From positions 26,784,001 to 26,848,000 of the forward strand of contig CM022677.1 of NCBI GenBank assembly GCA_012295275.1: a stretch of 64,000 nt of DNA. Reading direction: 5' to 3'. Below the pieces are notes generated by a model. That model ran no database searches. It worked only from the letters and a program-made list of their open reading frames with translations, and was not told the DNA's origin. The stretch is from Chrysomallon squamiferum (taxonomy: Eukaryota; Animalia; Mollusca). Shown piece by piece: positions 1 to 21,254 of this stretch (its first letter is position 1; each line of letters opens with the position of its first letter). The translations under genes were made by a program, and so were the position numbers.

Positions 1-201
1 TTTATCCTCCTCCATTTTCTTTCTCTCTCATTACCCTTCTTCTACTTCTCTCTCATTCTTTCAGTCATTTCTGTGTATTTTTCTCGTTCCATTCCATTCG
101 TTTTCATTTTTGTTTATTACTCGTTCTGCTTATGAATCCTATTTACGTTCCTATTTACTAGTTTATCTAATAGTATTATTATTATTATCATTATTATCAT
201 C

Positions 202-302
<101 letters not shown>

Positions 303-371
303 CAAGTCTTTGTCTTCTGTTAAAAAACCGGTGTCATTAACGTTTGTATCTTGTTTCTGCGTCAACCACAG

Positions 372-7451
<7,080 letters not shown>

Positions 7452-7539
7452 CACGGAATAAACCAAAATAGATCTAAGTAAATAATTGCGTATGTGTCCC
7501 ACGTGAAACCTTAAAATGATTTACATATTAGACTATTAC

Positions 7540-7638
<99 letters not shown>

Positions 7639-7726
7639 TTATTTGTTTTAAAAAGAGGACATATAATGTTTTAACTGACCTAATTTATTAAACAGAGGCT
7701 GGTAATACTTATTTGATGTATAACAA

Positions 7727-7802
<76 letters not shown>

Positions 7803-7917
7803 ACTGACCATGGTTTGAAATTAGCTTATTTTGTATCATTTTTTTTTTTCGAAATAAACGTTTAAACTACTATGCTGATAACATTGATTCATTTAACAGA
7901 GAGAGCGAGCGAGCGAG

Positions 7918-7984
<67 letters not shown>

Positions 7985-8734
7985 AAAACGAGAATGAGTA
8001 ATAGATATTTGTATATGTGTGTACGTTCATGTGCCTATAAAATGCCTGTGTGTACAGATAGACAGATACAGTCATACACAATGCGTACACCCAGATGTTG
8101 GTAGATGTATATGAAATTATAATCGAATAACGATATTTTTGGAGAACAGTTAAAACAAAGAAGTAAATTCCTAGTTAGATATGTGTGTGAACTTGTCAGC
8201 AATGGGCTGAGTGGTAAAGAGGGTTGCCAAATCTGACTCAGATTAAAACAAAGTTGAAACTGCGTCACATCATTTTTCTCGTGCTAAATACTTGCACCCT
8301 GTTTGAATCAGAACAGTCTGATTGCGGTTAGAACCGTAAACAAATTAGAAAACTGTTAAATGCAGAAAACTATAACTTTAAGGTTTAAGTTTGTTACTTC
8401 AAGTCAATGACAATCAATGGCGAACCTACTGTTTTTGGAATCCCTGAAACTTGCTCTGTAAACCCTTCCACAAGCAAAAACGGTGCTTAGATGATCACTG
8501 TTATTTTCTTCAATGGGCTTTTTCCATAAGTGATCACCATAAATGTGGGTTTTTTTTTAATTTTTTAATTTTTTTTTACTTTACCTTGGTTTCAAATTTG
8601 AAGCATATTAGTGCCATAAAGTTTGATATTCACTGGTTTCATAATAAACTCGCCGCTGGTAATTATAGTGAAGACTTAGACAACTTAATTGTATTATTCA
8701 GCTGTGACATTAAAAAAAATAAAATAAATAAATA

Positions 8735-8827
<93 letters not shown>

Positions 8828-9653
8828 AATAAATAAATAAATATAATAATAATAATAAAAAATAATAAAAATAAAAATAAAATTAAAAAATTAAAAAGAA
8901 GTAAATAAATTAAAAATAATAGTAATAAAAATAATAAATAAACAAATAAGTAAATAAATAAATTTAAAAAAATAAGTTACTTTTTTATGCAATTAAATAA
9001 TTTATTTTTAAAATTTATATGTATTTTGTTTTTAAATGGGAACTCTTAAATGATGACATATACATAAGGCTTATATATATAGATAAATAAAATGAAATAA
9101 AATAGAAAAAAGAAGATAACAAACAAAACAACAAAACAAACAAAAATACAAAAAAGAAAAAAGAAGAAACATAAAGAAAAAATAACTAAGTAAGTAAGTA
9201 AGTAAGTAAATAAATAAATAAATAATTCATAATTCTTTTAAGAATTGGCGAAAGGATTTTTAAAGAGGTGTCGAAAAAGGTAAGCCAGCAAGAGTTTTGT
9301 CCCTTTATCCTCACAACGTAGACTGTCAGTTACATTTAATCTTCTGGAGTTCTTATTATTGTGTTTTCCCTTTCTCTTACTTTATTGTATCTAAAGCATT
9401 TCTACCACTGCAGCTTAATTTATACATGCATCTCACATAATAATACTGTTATATTTTAAATGAACCTATTTATAGTTATATATTTGAAGAAAAGATGAAT
9501 GAAATTTTTGTTTTTTTTTCTTTCTTAAATTAATTTGTTTTGTTATTGATTTATTTAATTTTTTGATTTTTACATTATTTTTTTTTAAACTTCATTGTTA
9601 TTAATTTTTTAATGTATTTATTTATTATTAAAGCCATTGAACTTTTAATTTGA

Positions 9654-9661
9654 TGACGTAA
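9654..9661 (+). promoter_or_regulatory. CRE/ATF variant at the inferred 5' end of gene B
   Basis: TGACGTAA ~130 nt upstream of a TAG|GTAGGT donor at ~9793, at the start of a CpG-containing patch. Confidence 0.4.
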
Positions 9662-10199
9662 ACAAAAATACAAAATCTCGGGAGTTCACGTTTGTCGCGA
9701 GAAATCAGCGTTTTTGTGATGTGTTTTATTTTTAGTGTTGGAGAAGTGTTTTCATCAGCGTGCAGATCTTTCATTTTAATTCCAGTAACTAGGTAGGTCT
9801 TTTTCTTTTGTCTATTAATGTGTAGTTAACTAATTAACAAAATAATAAAGCAGTATATCCGCCTCCTTCAGATTAAAACTGTTTCATTGTTTTAAGTAAT
9901 AATTAATTACGTATATTTATTTATGTATTTACTTGTTTATTTTGCAACAATCGCCGATTGTTTTTTGATCCATAGAAAGACACCGTAACGCCACTTGTAT
10001 CTGCAATAACAATGTTCACGAGTGAGAAAGTTGATGTCACCAGCCCAACGACAGACATTACAGACTGCAATAACTGATATATCGTAATTTATAAATGTCT
10101 TTTTAAAATTATTTTGTTCTTCTATGGGGTTTTTTATGTTACTTTTTAAAATATGACTTATTTTCTTTTCCTTCTTCTTCTTTTATTTTTTCATGAATG

Positions 10200-10873
10200 A
10201 AACGTGCAGAAATTATAAGCTCGCAAGGAGACTGACATTTCAAAACTGAAATTAATCCAAAGTCCATTAATCCGTTCCAACACCCCAAAATCCAACACGT
10301 ATTTTTTGTAACCTGTTTTTAAACAAGAAAAATGTATGTATAAATGACAAATATTGTATAAATGAGAATGTAAATAAATAAATTGGTTTTGTAAAGTGTA
10401 TTTATCTTGGAGATCATACAAATTCTTTTAACGCCTTTGGCTGGAGTTACAACCTTTATCAACTCCTTCTGTTTCAGTATGGTACATATCGTAGAAGTAC
10501 TAAGCTTGTACTGCCTAGCCAAGTCAAATGCATGCACACGTTGCTCATGTTTTTTTTTTTTTTTTAATGATTTCATGCTTTAATTCAATGGACATCTTCC
10601 GCTTCTTCTTCTCAGCACTGTTCTTTGCAGTCACTTTCTTAGGATCTGTGATCTGAAAAAAAAGAAATTTGTCAAAATATTGCACAAAACGCGAACACAA
10701 CACAACAGAGATGCTTCCGCGGCGAGGTAACCACGTGATGTAAACGAGTGAGACGCGGGATGCTGGGCGGATGTTATGTTGTTCGTTGCGCCAACTAGCG
10801 GCGGCGTATCTGAAGGTCGCTCGTAACTGGAACAACTCGTAAGTCGGGGCTGTCGTAACTGGAGGTACCACTG
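10200..10873 (-). mobile_element. Degenerate Tigger/pogo-family (Tc1-mariner superfamily) DNA transposon fragment
   Basis: Terminus CAGTGGTACCTC.. at 10873 on the minus strand. Frameshifted peptide PKKVTAKNSAEKKKRKMSIELKHEII..DLARQYKLSTSTICTILKQKELIK resembles the CENP-B/psq HTH N-terminus of Tigger transposases. No catalytic domain. Left boundary approximate. Confidence 0.75.
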
Positions 10874-11012
10874 CATTTGATAATTTGCTCTTTTTGCAGT
10901 TATTATTTTGTATTTTTGTTACCTTTTGTTTAATTTTAATTCATTAATCTTTTTTTTTTATCACAATCTGTTACCATCTAATGAAAAACGAAACAATGTA
11001 TGTGTGTGTGTC

Positions 11013-11043
<31 letters not shown>

Positions 11044-11136
11044 TTGTGTGTTTTAATAAATCTGATATATTATATAGATATAATCTCCGACCAGATAATT
11101 ATGTGCTGTGTATGATTTCAGATAGCCACGTTCACT

Positions 11137-11241
11137 ATGGACTATGTTCAGTGGATTATGGGAGTTGCTTTCCTTCCTCTGTCCATTGCTGTTGATCCAA
11201 GTGTATATAAAACAGGCCGGGTAATTAGAGGTACAGCGTTT

Positions 11242-11280
<39 letters not shown>

Positions 11281-11777
11281 AAAAAATAATAATAATAATA
11301 ATAAATAATAATAATAATAATAATAATAATAATCTTGATGACAGCAACAGCAACAACAACAACAACAACAACAATAGTAACAATAATAATGATAATAATA
11401 ATAAAAATAATACTATTTATTTAAACTGTAGGACCTGTGAAATATATATTTTTTTTCAAAACTCAACGTTACTGTAAAATGGATTCCAGCGTGTTAACTG
11501 ATAACTATGAGCTGCTGAGTTGTGTTGTGTTGTGTTGTGTTGCAGCGTTTCGGTGGAGTGAGTGGGTGACGGCGGAAGCCAGCAACTGCAGCAAGGACTG
11601 CAACCACAACGTCTCCTACTTGCGATTCTGTTCTCATCCAGCGGGAGGCTACATGACTACCTGCCTTTAAAGACACAGACGAAAAGTCTGAACCACAAAA
11701 GTGCACTGGAGGCTCTTGTCGTAAAAATCACACATATATAAAATACATAAATACTGACACACACACACACACCCTCA

Positions 11778-11840
<63 letters not shown>

Positions 11841-11890
11841 ATATCTGTCTATTTATCTATCTATCTGTAATCTATTTATCTATATGTATG

Positions 11891-11921
<31 letters not shown>

Positions 11922-12011
11922 TGTATATATATTACACTCACACACACACACACACACACAGCCATATCTGTTTATCTATCTCTCTATCTATAATCTATCT
12001 ATCTATCTATA

Positions 12012-12058
<47 letters not shown>

Positions 12059-12646
12059 TGTATATATTACACATATAAATAATTTTTATTTTCCTTACCA
12101 GCCCAGAAAGGAAAGAAAGGTAAGAACAAAATGTTCGGTCTAACTGTCTAAGTACATTTAAAACAAATTTAAAAATAAATAAATAAACAAACAAACAAGC
12201 AAAATATTAGATTAGTATTACTACTGACACTGCAACTAATACTACAACTACTACGACTGCCAACAACTGTATAAATATATATATGTGTGTGTACGTGTGT
12301 ATGTGTGTATGTGTGTATGTATGTATGTATGTATGTGTGTATGTGTGTGTGTTTGTGTGTAAGTGTGTGTGTGTGTGTTTGTGTTTGTGTGTAAGTGTGT
12401 GTGTATATGTGTGTAAGTGTGTATGTGTGTGTGTATGTGTATGTGTTTGTTTGCGTGTATGTGTGTGTGTTTGTGTGTATGTGTGTATGTATATATGTGT
12501 GTGTGTATGTGTGTAAGTGTGTGTATGTGTGTAAGTGTGTATGTGTGTAAGTGTGTGTGTGTGTGTGTGTGTGTATGTTTGTGTGTGTGTGTGTGTAAGT
12601 GTGTATGTATGGTTGTGGGTGTGTAAGTGTGTGTGTGTATGTGTGT

Positions 12647-12694
<48 letters not shown>

Positions 12695-12839
12695 TTTGTG
12701 TGTAAGTGTGTGTGTGTGTGTAAGTGTGTATATAAGTGTGTGTGTAAGTGGGTGTATGTGTGTAAGTGTGTATGTATGTGTGTGCGATGTGTGTGTGTGT
12801 TTGTGTGTAAGTGTGTGGGTGTGTGTTTGTGTGTGTGTT

Positions 12840-12887
<48 letters not shown>

Positions 12888-12912
12888 TGTATGTGTGTGT
12901 GTGTGTGTGTGT

Positions 12913-13000
<88 letters not shown>

Positions 13001-15866
13001 ATATATGTTTTTCTTTCTTTCAGTTCAGGGGGGTTGGTCTAAGTGGGTGGTGGCGAGGGCGTTTCCCTGTCTGTCTTGGTGCGTGCGGACTCTGAGGCTG
13101 ATGCGATTCTGCACGAACCCACTACCCAGTCCAGGACTGAGCTGTTCAGGAAAAACCAGAGAAAAAAAGGCTCTAGAAGTGCTGTGTATTGCAGCTGGGT
13201 GCCGAGGTGCAGACTAATTGTGTCTGTGTGTGTGTATGTGCGTGTGTGTGTGTCTGTCTGTGTGTGTCTCTGTGTGTGTGTGTCTGTGTGTGTGTGTGTG
13301 TGTGTGTGTCTGTGTGTGAGTGTGTGTGTGTGCGTGTGTCTGTGTGTGTGTGTGTGTGTGTGTGTCTGTGTCTGAGTGTGTGTCTGTGCGTGTGAGTGTC
13401 TATGTATGTGTATCTGTGTGTGTCTGTGTGTGTGTGTGTGTCTATGTGTGTTTGTCTGTGTGTGTGTCTGTCTGAGTGTGTGTGCCTGTGTGTGTGTGTG
13501 TGTGTGAGTGTCTGTATGAATCCGTGCATATATATTTCTGTCTGTTTCTGTAAAAGCTGCTTATTTCTAATAAACATTTCTAATTCAGCGGACGGCAGGT
13601 GGGGAGGTTGGATTGAAGACTCTGTGCCTTTCTGTCCTCCAAAATGTAACAGGACAGTTTCCTATATGAGGAGGTGTGACGCGCCGAAACCGCTGGGACT
13701 CGGCTTGCCATGTAAAGGAGAAGACAAGAAAAAGATGATCATAAAGTGTACTACAGATCTTTGTTTTAGATGTAAGAACACATCTCATTACTATACCTCA
13801 CACTATATCTCATTACTGTACATCACACTACATCTCATTACTATACATCACACTACATCTCATTACTATACATCACACTATATGTGATTACTATACATCA
13901 TACTATATCTTATTACTATACCTCATACTACATAACACTACATCTCATTACTATACATCATACTATATCTCATTACTATACCTCATACTACATCTCATTA
14001 CTATACATCATACTATATGTGATTACTATACATCACACTACATCTCATTACTATACATCATACTACATCTCATTACTATACATCACACTACATCTCATTA
14101 CTATACACCACACTACATCTCATTACTATACATCACACTACATCTCATTACTATACATCATACTACATCTCATTACTATACATCATACTATATGTGATTA
14201 CATACATTTCTCATTACTATACATGACACTACATCTCATTACTATACATCATACTACATCTCATTACTATACATAACACTACATCTCATTACTATACATC
14301 ATACTACATCTCATTACTATACATCATACTATATGTGATTACTATACATCACACTACATCTCATTACTATACATCACACTACATATCATTACTATACATC
14401 ACACTATATGTGATTACTATACACCATACTATATCTTATTACTATACATCACACTACATCTCATTACTATACATCACACTACATCTCATTACTATACATC
14501 ACACTACATCTCATTACTATACATCATACTATATGTGATTACTATACATCTCATTACTATACATCACACTACATATCATTACTATACATCATACTATATG
14601 TGATTACTATACATCACAGTACATCTCATTACTATACATCACACTACATCTCATTACTATACATCATACTATATGTGATTACTATACATCACACTACATC
14701 TCATTACTATACATCACACTACATCTCATTACTATACATCATACTATATGTGATTACTATACATCACAGTACATCTCATTACTATACATCATACTACATC
14801 TCATTACTATACATCATAGTACATCTCATTACTATACATCATACTACATCTCATTACATACCTCACACTACGTCTCATTACATACCTCATACATCTGATT
14901 ACCATACCTTATATTACATTTCCTTACTATATATCATGCTACACTTCATTACATACCTCACACTACATCTCATTACATATCTCATACATTTCACTACATC
15001 TCAGTGAACCACACTTGTACATTATGCAGTACTGTGACACACCGCAAAACACTTGTCCTTTGACAGACAAATTAAATGTTCTAATTATGAACACACTGAC
15101 AAACTGAAATGTTCTAATTATGAACACAAGGACAAACTAAAATGTTCTAATTATGAACACACTGACAGACAAACTGAAATGTTCTAATTATGAACACACT
15201 GACAAACAAACTCAAATGTTCTAATTATGAACACTGACAGACAAACTGAAATGTTCTAATTATGAACACACTGACAGACAAACTGAAATGTTCTAATTAT
15301 GAACACAGTGACAGACAAACTAAAATGTTCTAATTATGAACACTGACAAACTGAAATGTTCTAATTATGAACACACTGACAAACTGAAATGTTGTAATTA
15401 TTAAACACACTGACAAAGTGAAATGTTCTAATTATGAACACACTGACAGACAAACTGAAATGTTCTAATTATGAACACACTGACAAACTGAAATGTTCTA
15501 ATTATGAACACACTGTGTTGTCAGGGCAGTTGCTGGGAGCGGCTGTAACGGTTCTCATTGTCACTTTGGTGTGTGTTTACTGTCTGTGCAAGTGGTGTGG
15601 GTAAGTAAACATTTTAAATTTTCCTTTTTGTTTAACTGTTGAATGAAATTAAATGCTGGGAGGTAGTGTTAAATGTTTTTAAATTTAATTTATGAAGACA
15701 AAAATATATATATTTATTAGATTTCTGAGAAATATTGAGGATATCTTCATGATATGAGTTAATCTAAAATTAATCTATTATAAATCTGTAAAAATAATTC
15801 ATTTACCTCATATGAGTAAATCTAATGATTATTGGTTAATCTAACATTAATCTGTTAACTATATAT

Positions 15867-15947
<81 letters not shown>

Positions 15948-16869
15948 CGTCATTAATTACTAATCTTGTAATATAAGAATAATTCGTGTTTTATGAGTTA
16001 TCATTATATAGTTTGTCAACTAATCTGAAATCAGTCTTCTAGGTATATATCAAAAGTATGTCTCTCATTAAAAACTCTACCCATTAAAACTAACACACTG
16101 AGAAACTGCCTGACAGTGCACATCGCTGGAAGCAGTCAGTGTTAAACTGTGTTGTGTGTGTTTCTGCAGGAAGAGAAGAAGTGAAGGGAAGAGTCTGTTT
16201 CCAAGTCTGTTCGGATCATCTGCGCAGGGAGCATCATCATTTGATCCAAGAGATCCAGCATCCATGCAGGAAGATCCGTCATCCATGCAGGGACCTCCAT
16301 CCATTATGCAGGTTGACCCGTACGGGCAGACCTCTCAGTTTATGCAGGAATCGCCTCAGTGTTCTTCCATGCAGGACTGTTCCGGATGTATGTCCGGAGG
16401 TATGCCCGGATGTATGCCTGGAGGTATGCCCGGCTGTATGCCCGGAGGTATGCCCGGCTGTATGCCCGGAGGTATGCCCTATGGAGGTATGCCCTATGGA
16501 GGTATGCCCTACGGAGGTATGCCCATGTATAACCCGACAATGCAAGCGTTCAGGCCTATACTCATCCCCGCACCACTCCCCGCAGTCCCAGGTCGACACA
16601 AGGGAGAAAAAGAAAAAAGAAGAAAGTCGCGAAAGAGTCGGATGAGACGGCAGAGACAACAGAGACAGAAGAGAAGAAAAAGACAGAAGAGAAGAAAACG
16701 ACAGAAGAGAAGAAAACGACAGAAGAGAAGAAAGAAACAGATGATAAAAAAGGGACGAAAGATAAAAAAGATACAAAATAGACAAAAGAGTAGAGACATT
16801 AAGTATGTTTTTGTGTGTGTGTCTGTACAAAAATGTAGAGAGAGAGATAAATATTGCCAAACACATTAG
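11137..16869 (+). CDS. Gene B: signal peptide, 3 TSP1 repeats (first frameshifted in this sequence), TM, long low-complexity/basic tail
   Basis: Putative signal exon from ATG 11137 ([21 protein letters not shown]..; donor uncertain, ~11230). TSR 11546-11720 (FRWSEW..CSKDC..RFC; frameshift ~11660-11668, then ..KCTGGSC). Micro-exon 12102-12119 (QKGKK). TSR 13024-13206 (GGWSKW..CLSWC). TSR 13589-13771 ([20 protein letters not shown]). TM 15525-15600 ([25 protein letters not shown]). Tail 16170-16869 in the frame of ORF 16156..16869. Confidence 0.75.
12280..13010. repeat. (TG)n-rich microsatellite field
   Basis: Degenerate TG/TGTA repeats; source of the spurious CV-rich ORFs. Confidence 0.95.
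13780..14990. repeat. 25-bp minisatellite CATCTCATTACTATACATCACACTA
   Basis: Starts a few nt after the donor of exon 13589-13771. Confidence 0.92.
15060..15515. repeat. ~33-37-bp minisatellite TGAC(AGAC)AAACTGAAATGTTCTAATTATGAACACAC
   Basis: Tandem copies ending just before the TM exon acceptor at 15524. Confidence 0.9.
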
Positions 16870-18073
16870 AATAAAATGTCAAAGAACAAAAATGCAAATC
16901 ACACACACACAAACACATTGACAATAATTTGAATGATTCCTACTTTCATTCTTATCTTTTCAGCTGACAGACAAACATTTAATCAACTTATTTGTGTAAA
17001 CACATCAAATACAAATTCATTCACTACATCAGTTACTTGTATATTAATCATAACACAGATGGAGAATCATTTATTGAGATATCTGTTATCATATTAGTTT
17101 TTTTTATTTTACGATTTTGAAATGTAAAGAAAATGGCTTTAGAATGGAATCTAAGCCTAAATATGAATTACATTTATATTTCATATACAGCTTATGCAAA
17201 CAGAGGCAGGAATGTTTGTATATAATATTTAAAATAATTTTCTGTTTAAAATGAACTGTCTGAAATATATCTCTATTTCAACTGCTCAGAAAAAGTTTGG
17301 ATTTTCAACCAGTACTCACAGAACTTTTAATTTGGTAGTTGTTAGTTAATATCAGTTTTATCTCACAATTTCAAAACAAGAGTAACCTTTAAAAAATTAA
17401 TTGAAAATGAAGGGGAAAAAAATTGGACAATACTATTTTATTTTTGAAATTTTACAAATATAATAACTGATAAAACGCTATGTAGATTAAACTATATTAC
17501 ATAACACCATAATATACCATCTATTATGCCTCAGCAAACATCATGACATTAAGTAAAAAATGTTTTAGTATGAAATGTACACACATAATAAAGTAAAATT
17601 ATTGGCTTTAAAATTTACTATTTCTGAAATATTGACATTACTACTTTTATGTTATTATTATTATTATTACATAATAATTCTCATTATTCAATGTTCAAAC
17701 ATCAATAAAACTAAAAACAAATATAGATCATGAAGTATATGATTAAATATATCCTTGTAAAATCAGTGTTAAGTTAACTGAGATACAGCCATTGAATTTT
17801 GTGTATTGACTTTTGTTAACAGTGAAACAATATAAAGTGTGATCATAAGATAATGCTGGTTACATGATTTCTTATGTAATACATGCAGTACATTTTTATT
17901 TTGTTTAGTTATTGTAAAAAAAAAATCCATTTTTAAGAAAGATTTCAATGAAAAAATGTGTCTATGTACATGTACTTTGTTTTGAATTAAAAACGGATTT
18001 GTTCAATAATCTATCATGTAAAAAGAACTGGATATCTTAAAATAAATAATCATTTAAAAGAAAAACTGTTTGC

Positions 18074-18123
<50 letters not shown>

Positions 18124-18789
18124 GTTATTATTACTATTATTTGTTTTAATTTTAATTTTTATTTAAAATGGGCATATATAATTAAGTAAAATATTTCTTC
18201 ACAATCAGTTTTAAATAAAAACATTTCTATGGTGACAAAAAAGTAAACACAAAATAAAACACATAAGTATTGTATAATTTTAAGTTGTCTTTTTCACTCT
18301 ATCTATATATCATTCAGTATGTCAGTCTGTCTATCTATCTATCTATCTATCTAACATTTACACTAAAAGAAAAATACATTCCTTATCACCTTTTCATATC
18401 TCTAAGAAGACATTGAAAAATGTAAAATGCAAACTTTACGGTCTAAGGGGAACAACTCTATTTAAAAAAGAGGCGAAATTATTTGAAGTAAGAAGTTCTG
18501 AAGAAATTACTTTTATATGAAAAGCTTCTATTATTTATTTTTATCATTTGTTTCACAGAGAGATACTTTACATTCTTTATTTCTTAATTTACTATTTATC
18601 TTTTGTCCAGCTCTGTTAATTTCTTCAAAATCATAAATAAAAATAAACGATTTTTAAAATGCATTTTTATATAGGATAAATACAGCGAACAAATCTAGAG
18701 TTATTCCCCTTATACCACTAAATGACAATGTTTGATATTATCACTGCTGAACACTATTATTATTATTATTTTGAATAGATTGCTATATG

Positions 18790-18849
<60 letters not shown>

Positions 18850-18940
18850 TTATCGTTATTCTTTTTACGGTTTAAAGTTATAGATTTTTGGAATTGTTAA
18901 AACTAATCAGAATATTCGGTGATTTCGCTGCTGTCCTGAT

Positions 18941-18959
18941 TTACGTCATAATGACGTAT
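18941..18959. promoter_or_regulatory. Paired CRE/ATF variants upstream of gene C
   Basis: TTACGTCA (18941) and TGACGTAT (18952). Confidence 0.4.
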
Positions 18960-19135
18960 TATCGGGTTGTTTTCTTTTATAAACTATCATTTGTAAACAA
19001 GATCACATTCTTTCCGTAAATGATAAAGTATATTTTTGATTATTTTTAATATAGTTTACACATTTATGATATATATTTTTTCTTTTTCTTTTTCTTTTTT
19101 TTTTAATTTCTTTTTCTTTTTTCTTCTTCTTTTTA

Positions 19136-19198
<63 letters not shown>

Positions 19199-19396
19199 AA
19201 TATTATTTCATTGTTCATTTAGGAGGGTTTCTTTTCTTTTCTTTCCTTTTTTAAAAAAAAGTAAGGTTATGAATTATAAAGCTATGTTCTATATAAAAAC
19301 AATAATGACAATAAATAAATAAACGATGAAAAATAAAATAAAACAAAACAAAATAAAACAAAATAAAATGAATAAATAAAATATAAAATATTTTAG

Positions 19397-19968
19397 TGGA
19401 TGGACAATGGTCAGTGTGGGAAAGACAAACAGCTGGTCTGTGTTTGAGGACGTGTGAACGTCACGTGGTGTACAACAGGTCATGTGATCATGCGACTGGC
19501 CAAAAACCCACTTGTGCTGGGCCGGAAACTCAAATTGTCACAGAACCATGCCAAGGAGAAAATTGTCTACCAGCTCACAGTAACAAATTATTATGTTATT
19601 TTTATTATTATAATTTTTTTTTAAATTTATAAATTAATTGATTTGTTGTTGTTATTATTATTTAATATTTCTTTTTTGTTACTCTTATGTCCACGTGATC
19701 GGGTCCTTGGGTTAAAGGCTGCGTTTGACTTCCGTTCGATAGTTGTAACAGCAGAGTTGTAAAACTGATCATGTGACTGAACACTTCTGTTTTGAAATGG
19801 CCAGTTTTCATACCTTTGATAGCAAATAAAAACAAATAAACAACAAACAAACAAACAAACAAAACACAAAAACAACAACAAACAAACAAAAAACACACAC
19901 AAAATACAACAAAAACAAAAAAATAAATTAAAACATAATTAAAAATGATGATTATGATTATGACGACG

Positions 19969-20020
<52 letters not shown>

Positions 20021-21155
20021 TGATAATAATAATAATGAAAAAATGTAAAACGTTTTAGTAGATATTTAAAAAACATTAGCTTTATTGAACTTGTAGTGTC
20101 ATTGTTTCGCATGACATCTTATTGGATACACTAATAATTAGTGTACATAAATACACACATACATAGATGATAGAAAAAAGTAGTAATTAGTGTACATACA
20201 CAAACACACACACACACGTTTTGTTCTTGTTCTTGTTGGGCTTTTCTTTCTTTCTTTTTTTTACTGATTTCAGGTTTAGAGGTGGAGCGTAGTCATACGT
20301 GTAAGTATGTTCTGTACTTGTCATTTCACACACACGCACAGACGCACACGTACACATGCACGTGTATTGAGATAAAGTCTTCTTCTTCTTCTTTTTCTTC
20401 TTTTTCTTCTTCTTCTTCTTCTTCTTATTATTATTATTATTATTACTATTATTATTATTGTTAGTTGTAGACTGGAATTCTACAATACCTTTCATAATGA
20501 TTATGACAGTAGCTGGAGGTCTTGGTCTTATCTTTGCCTTAGTCATACTGCATAATCACAGGTTAGTCTTCTTATTGTTTTCACTTTCGTGTTTTCCTTT
20601 CTGCCTCTTTAATATGTGTGTGTGTGTTTGTTATACATATATATGTATGTATGTATGTATGCATGCATGCATGCATGCATGCAGTATGTATGTACGTACG
20701 TATGTATGATACGGTTAAATAAACAAACTGTTAACGTATTTCTCCAGTCAACCATTTCATTTATATAAAACAAAGTAATACCGCTGTAAATGGTCACCTT
20801 TCTCTTACTGACATTAGAATATAACAGTTATAGGTGAAAATACTACAATTACTAGTACTAATAACAACAATAGAAACGATGATGATGATGACGATAGTAA
20901 TAATAAAATAATAATAGTAATAGAAATAATAATAACGATAATACTAATATAATAATGATGACGATGCTGATGATGATGATGATAATACTAGTGCTGTTGT
21001 TCTTTCTCCACATTTACTTATGAATAGAATTTAATGCTATTTCATTAACACATTTCGTTCACAGAAAGATGAAGAAGAGAGAGAGGGAAAAAAGTTCTGC
21101 AAACGCAGTTGTGAGCTATGACAACCTGTGCTTTCAGCTGGACGAAGCCACGTGA
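19397..21155 (+). CDS. Gene C: single TSP1 repeat, linker, TM, short tail with ITIM consensus (signal exon not resolved)
   Basis: TSR 19397-19579 (DGQWSVW..CLRTC..RSC..CAGPE..CQGENC). 27-nt micro-exon 20274-20300 (LEVERSHT). TM 20471-20561 (WNSTIPFIMIMTVAGGLGLIFALVILHNHR). Tail 21065-21155 (KMKKREREKSSANAVVSYDNLCFQLDEAT*). Splice phases 1-1, 1-1, 1-2, 2-stop are mutually consistent. Confidence 0.82.
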
Positions 21156-21254
21156 TTTAAGATGTGTCTGTGTGTCTGTGCAAAACATTGACATCAGTGT
21201 GTGAAGGGCTTACATACTCCAAGCATTTCACTGTGTGTAGTTGTTTGCTGTAGT

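Noticed and set aside
16077-16304. [15 protein letters not shown] peptide superficially like a reflectin MD(X)5MD motif
   Set aside because: It is the antisense reading of gene B's tail exon and lacks the Tyr/Arg/Trp-rich reflectin context.
18951-19260. Candidate signal-peptide exons for gene C (ATG 18951 and exon 19223-19260)
   Set aside because: The phases can be made to fit, but the peptide is a poor signal sequence and the region is homopolymer-rich; left unresolved.
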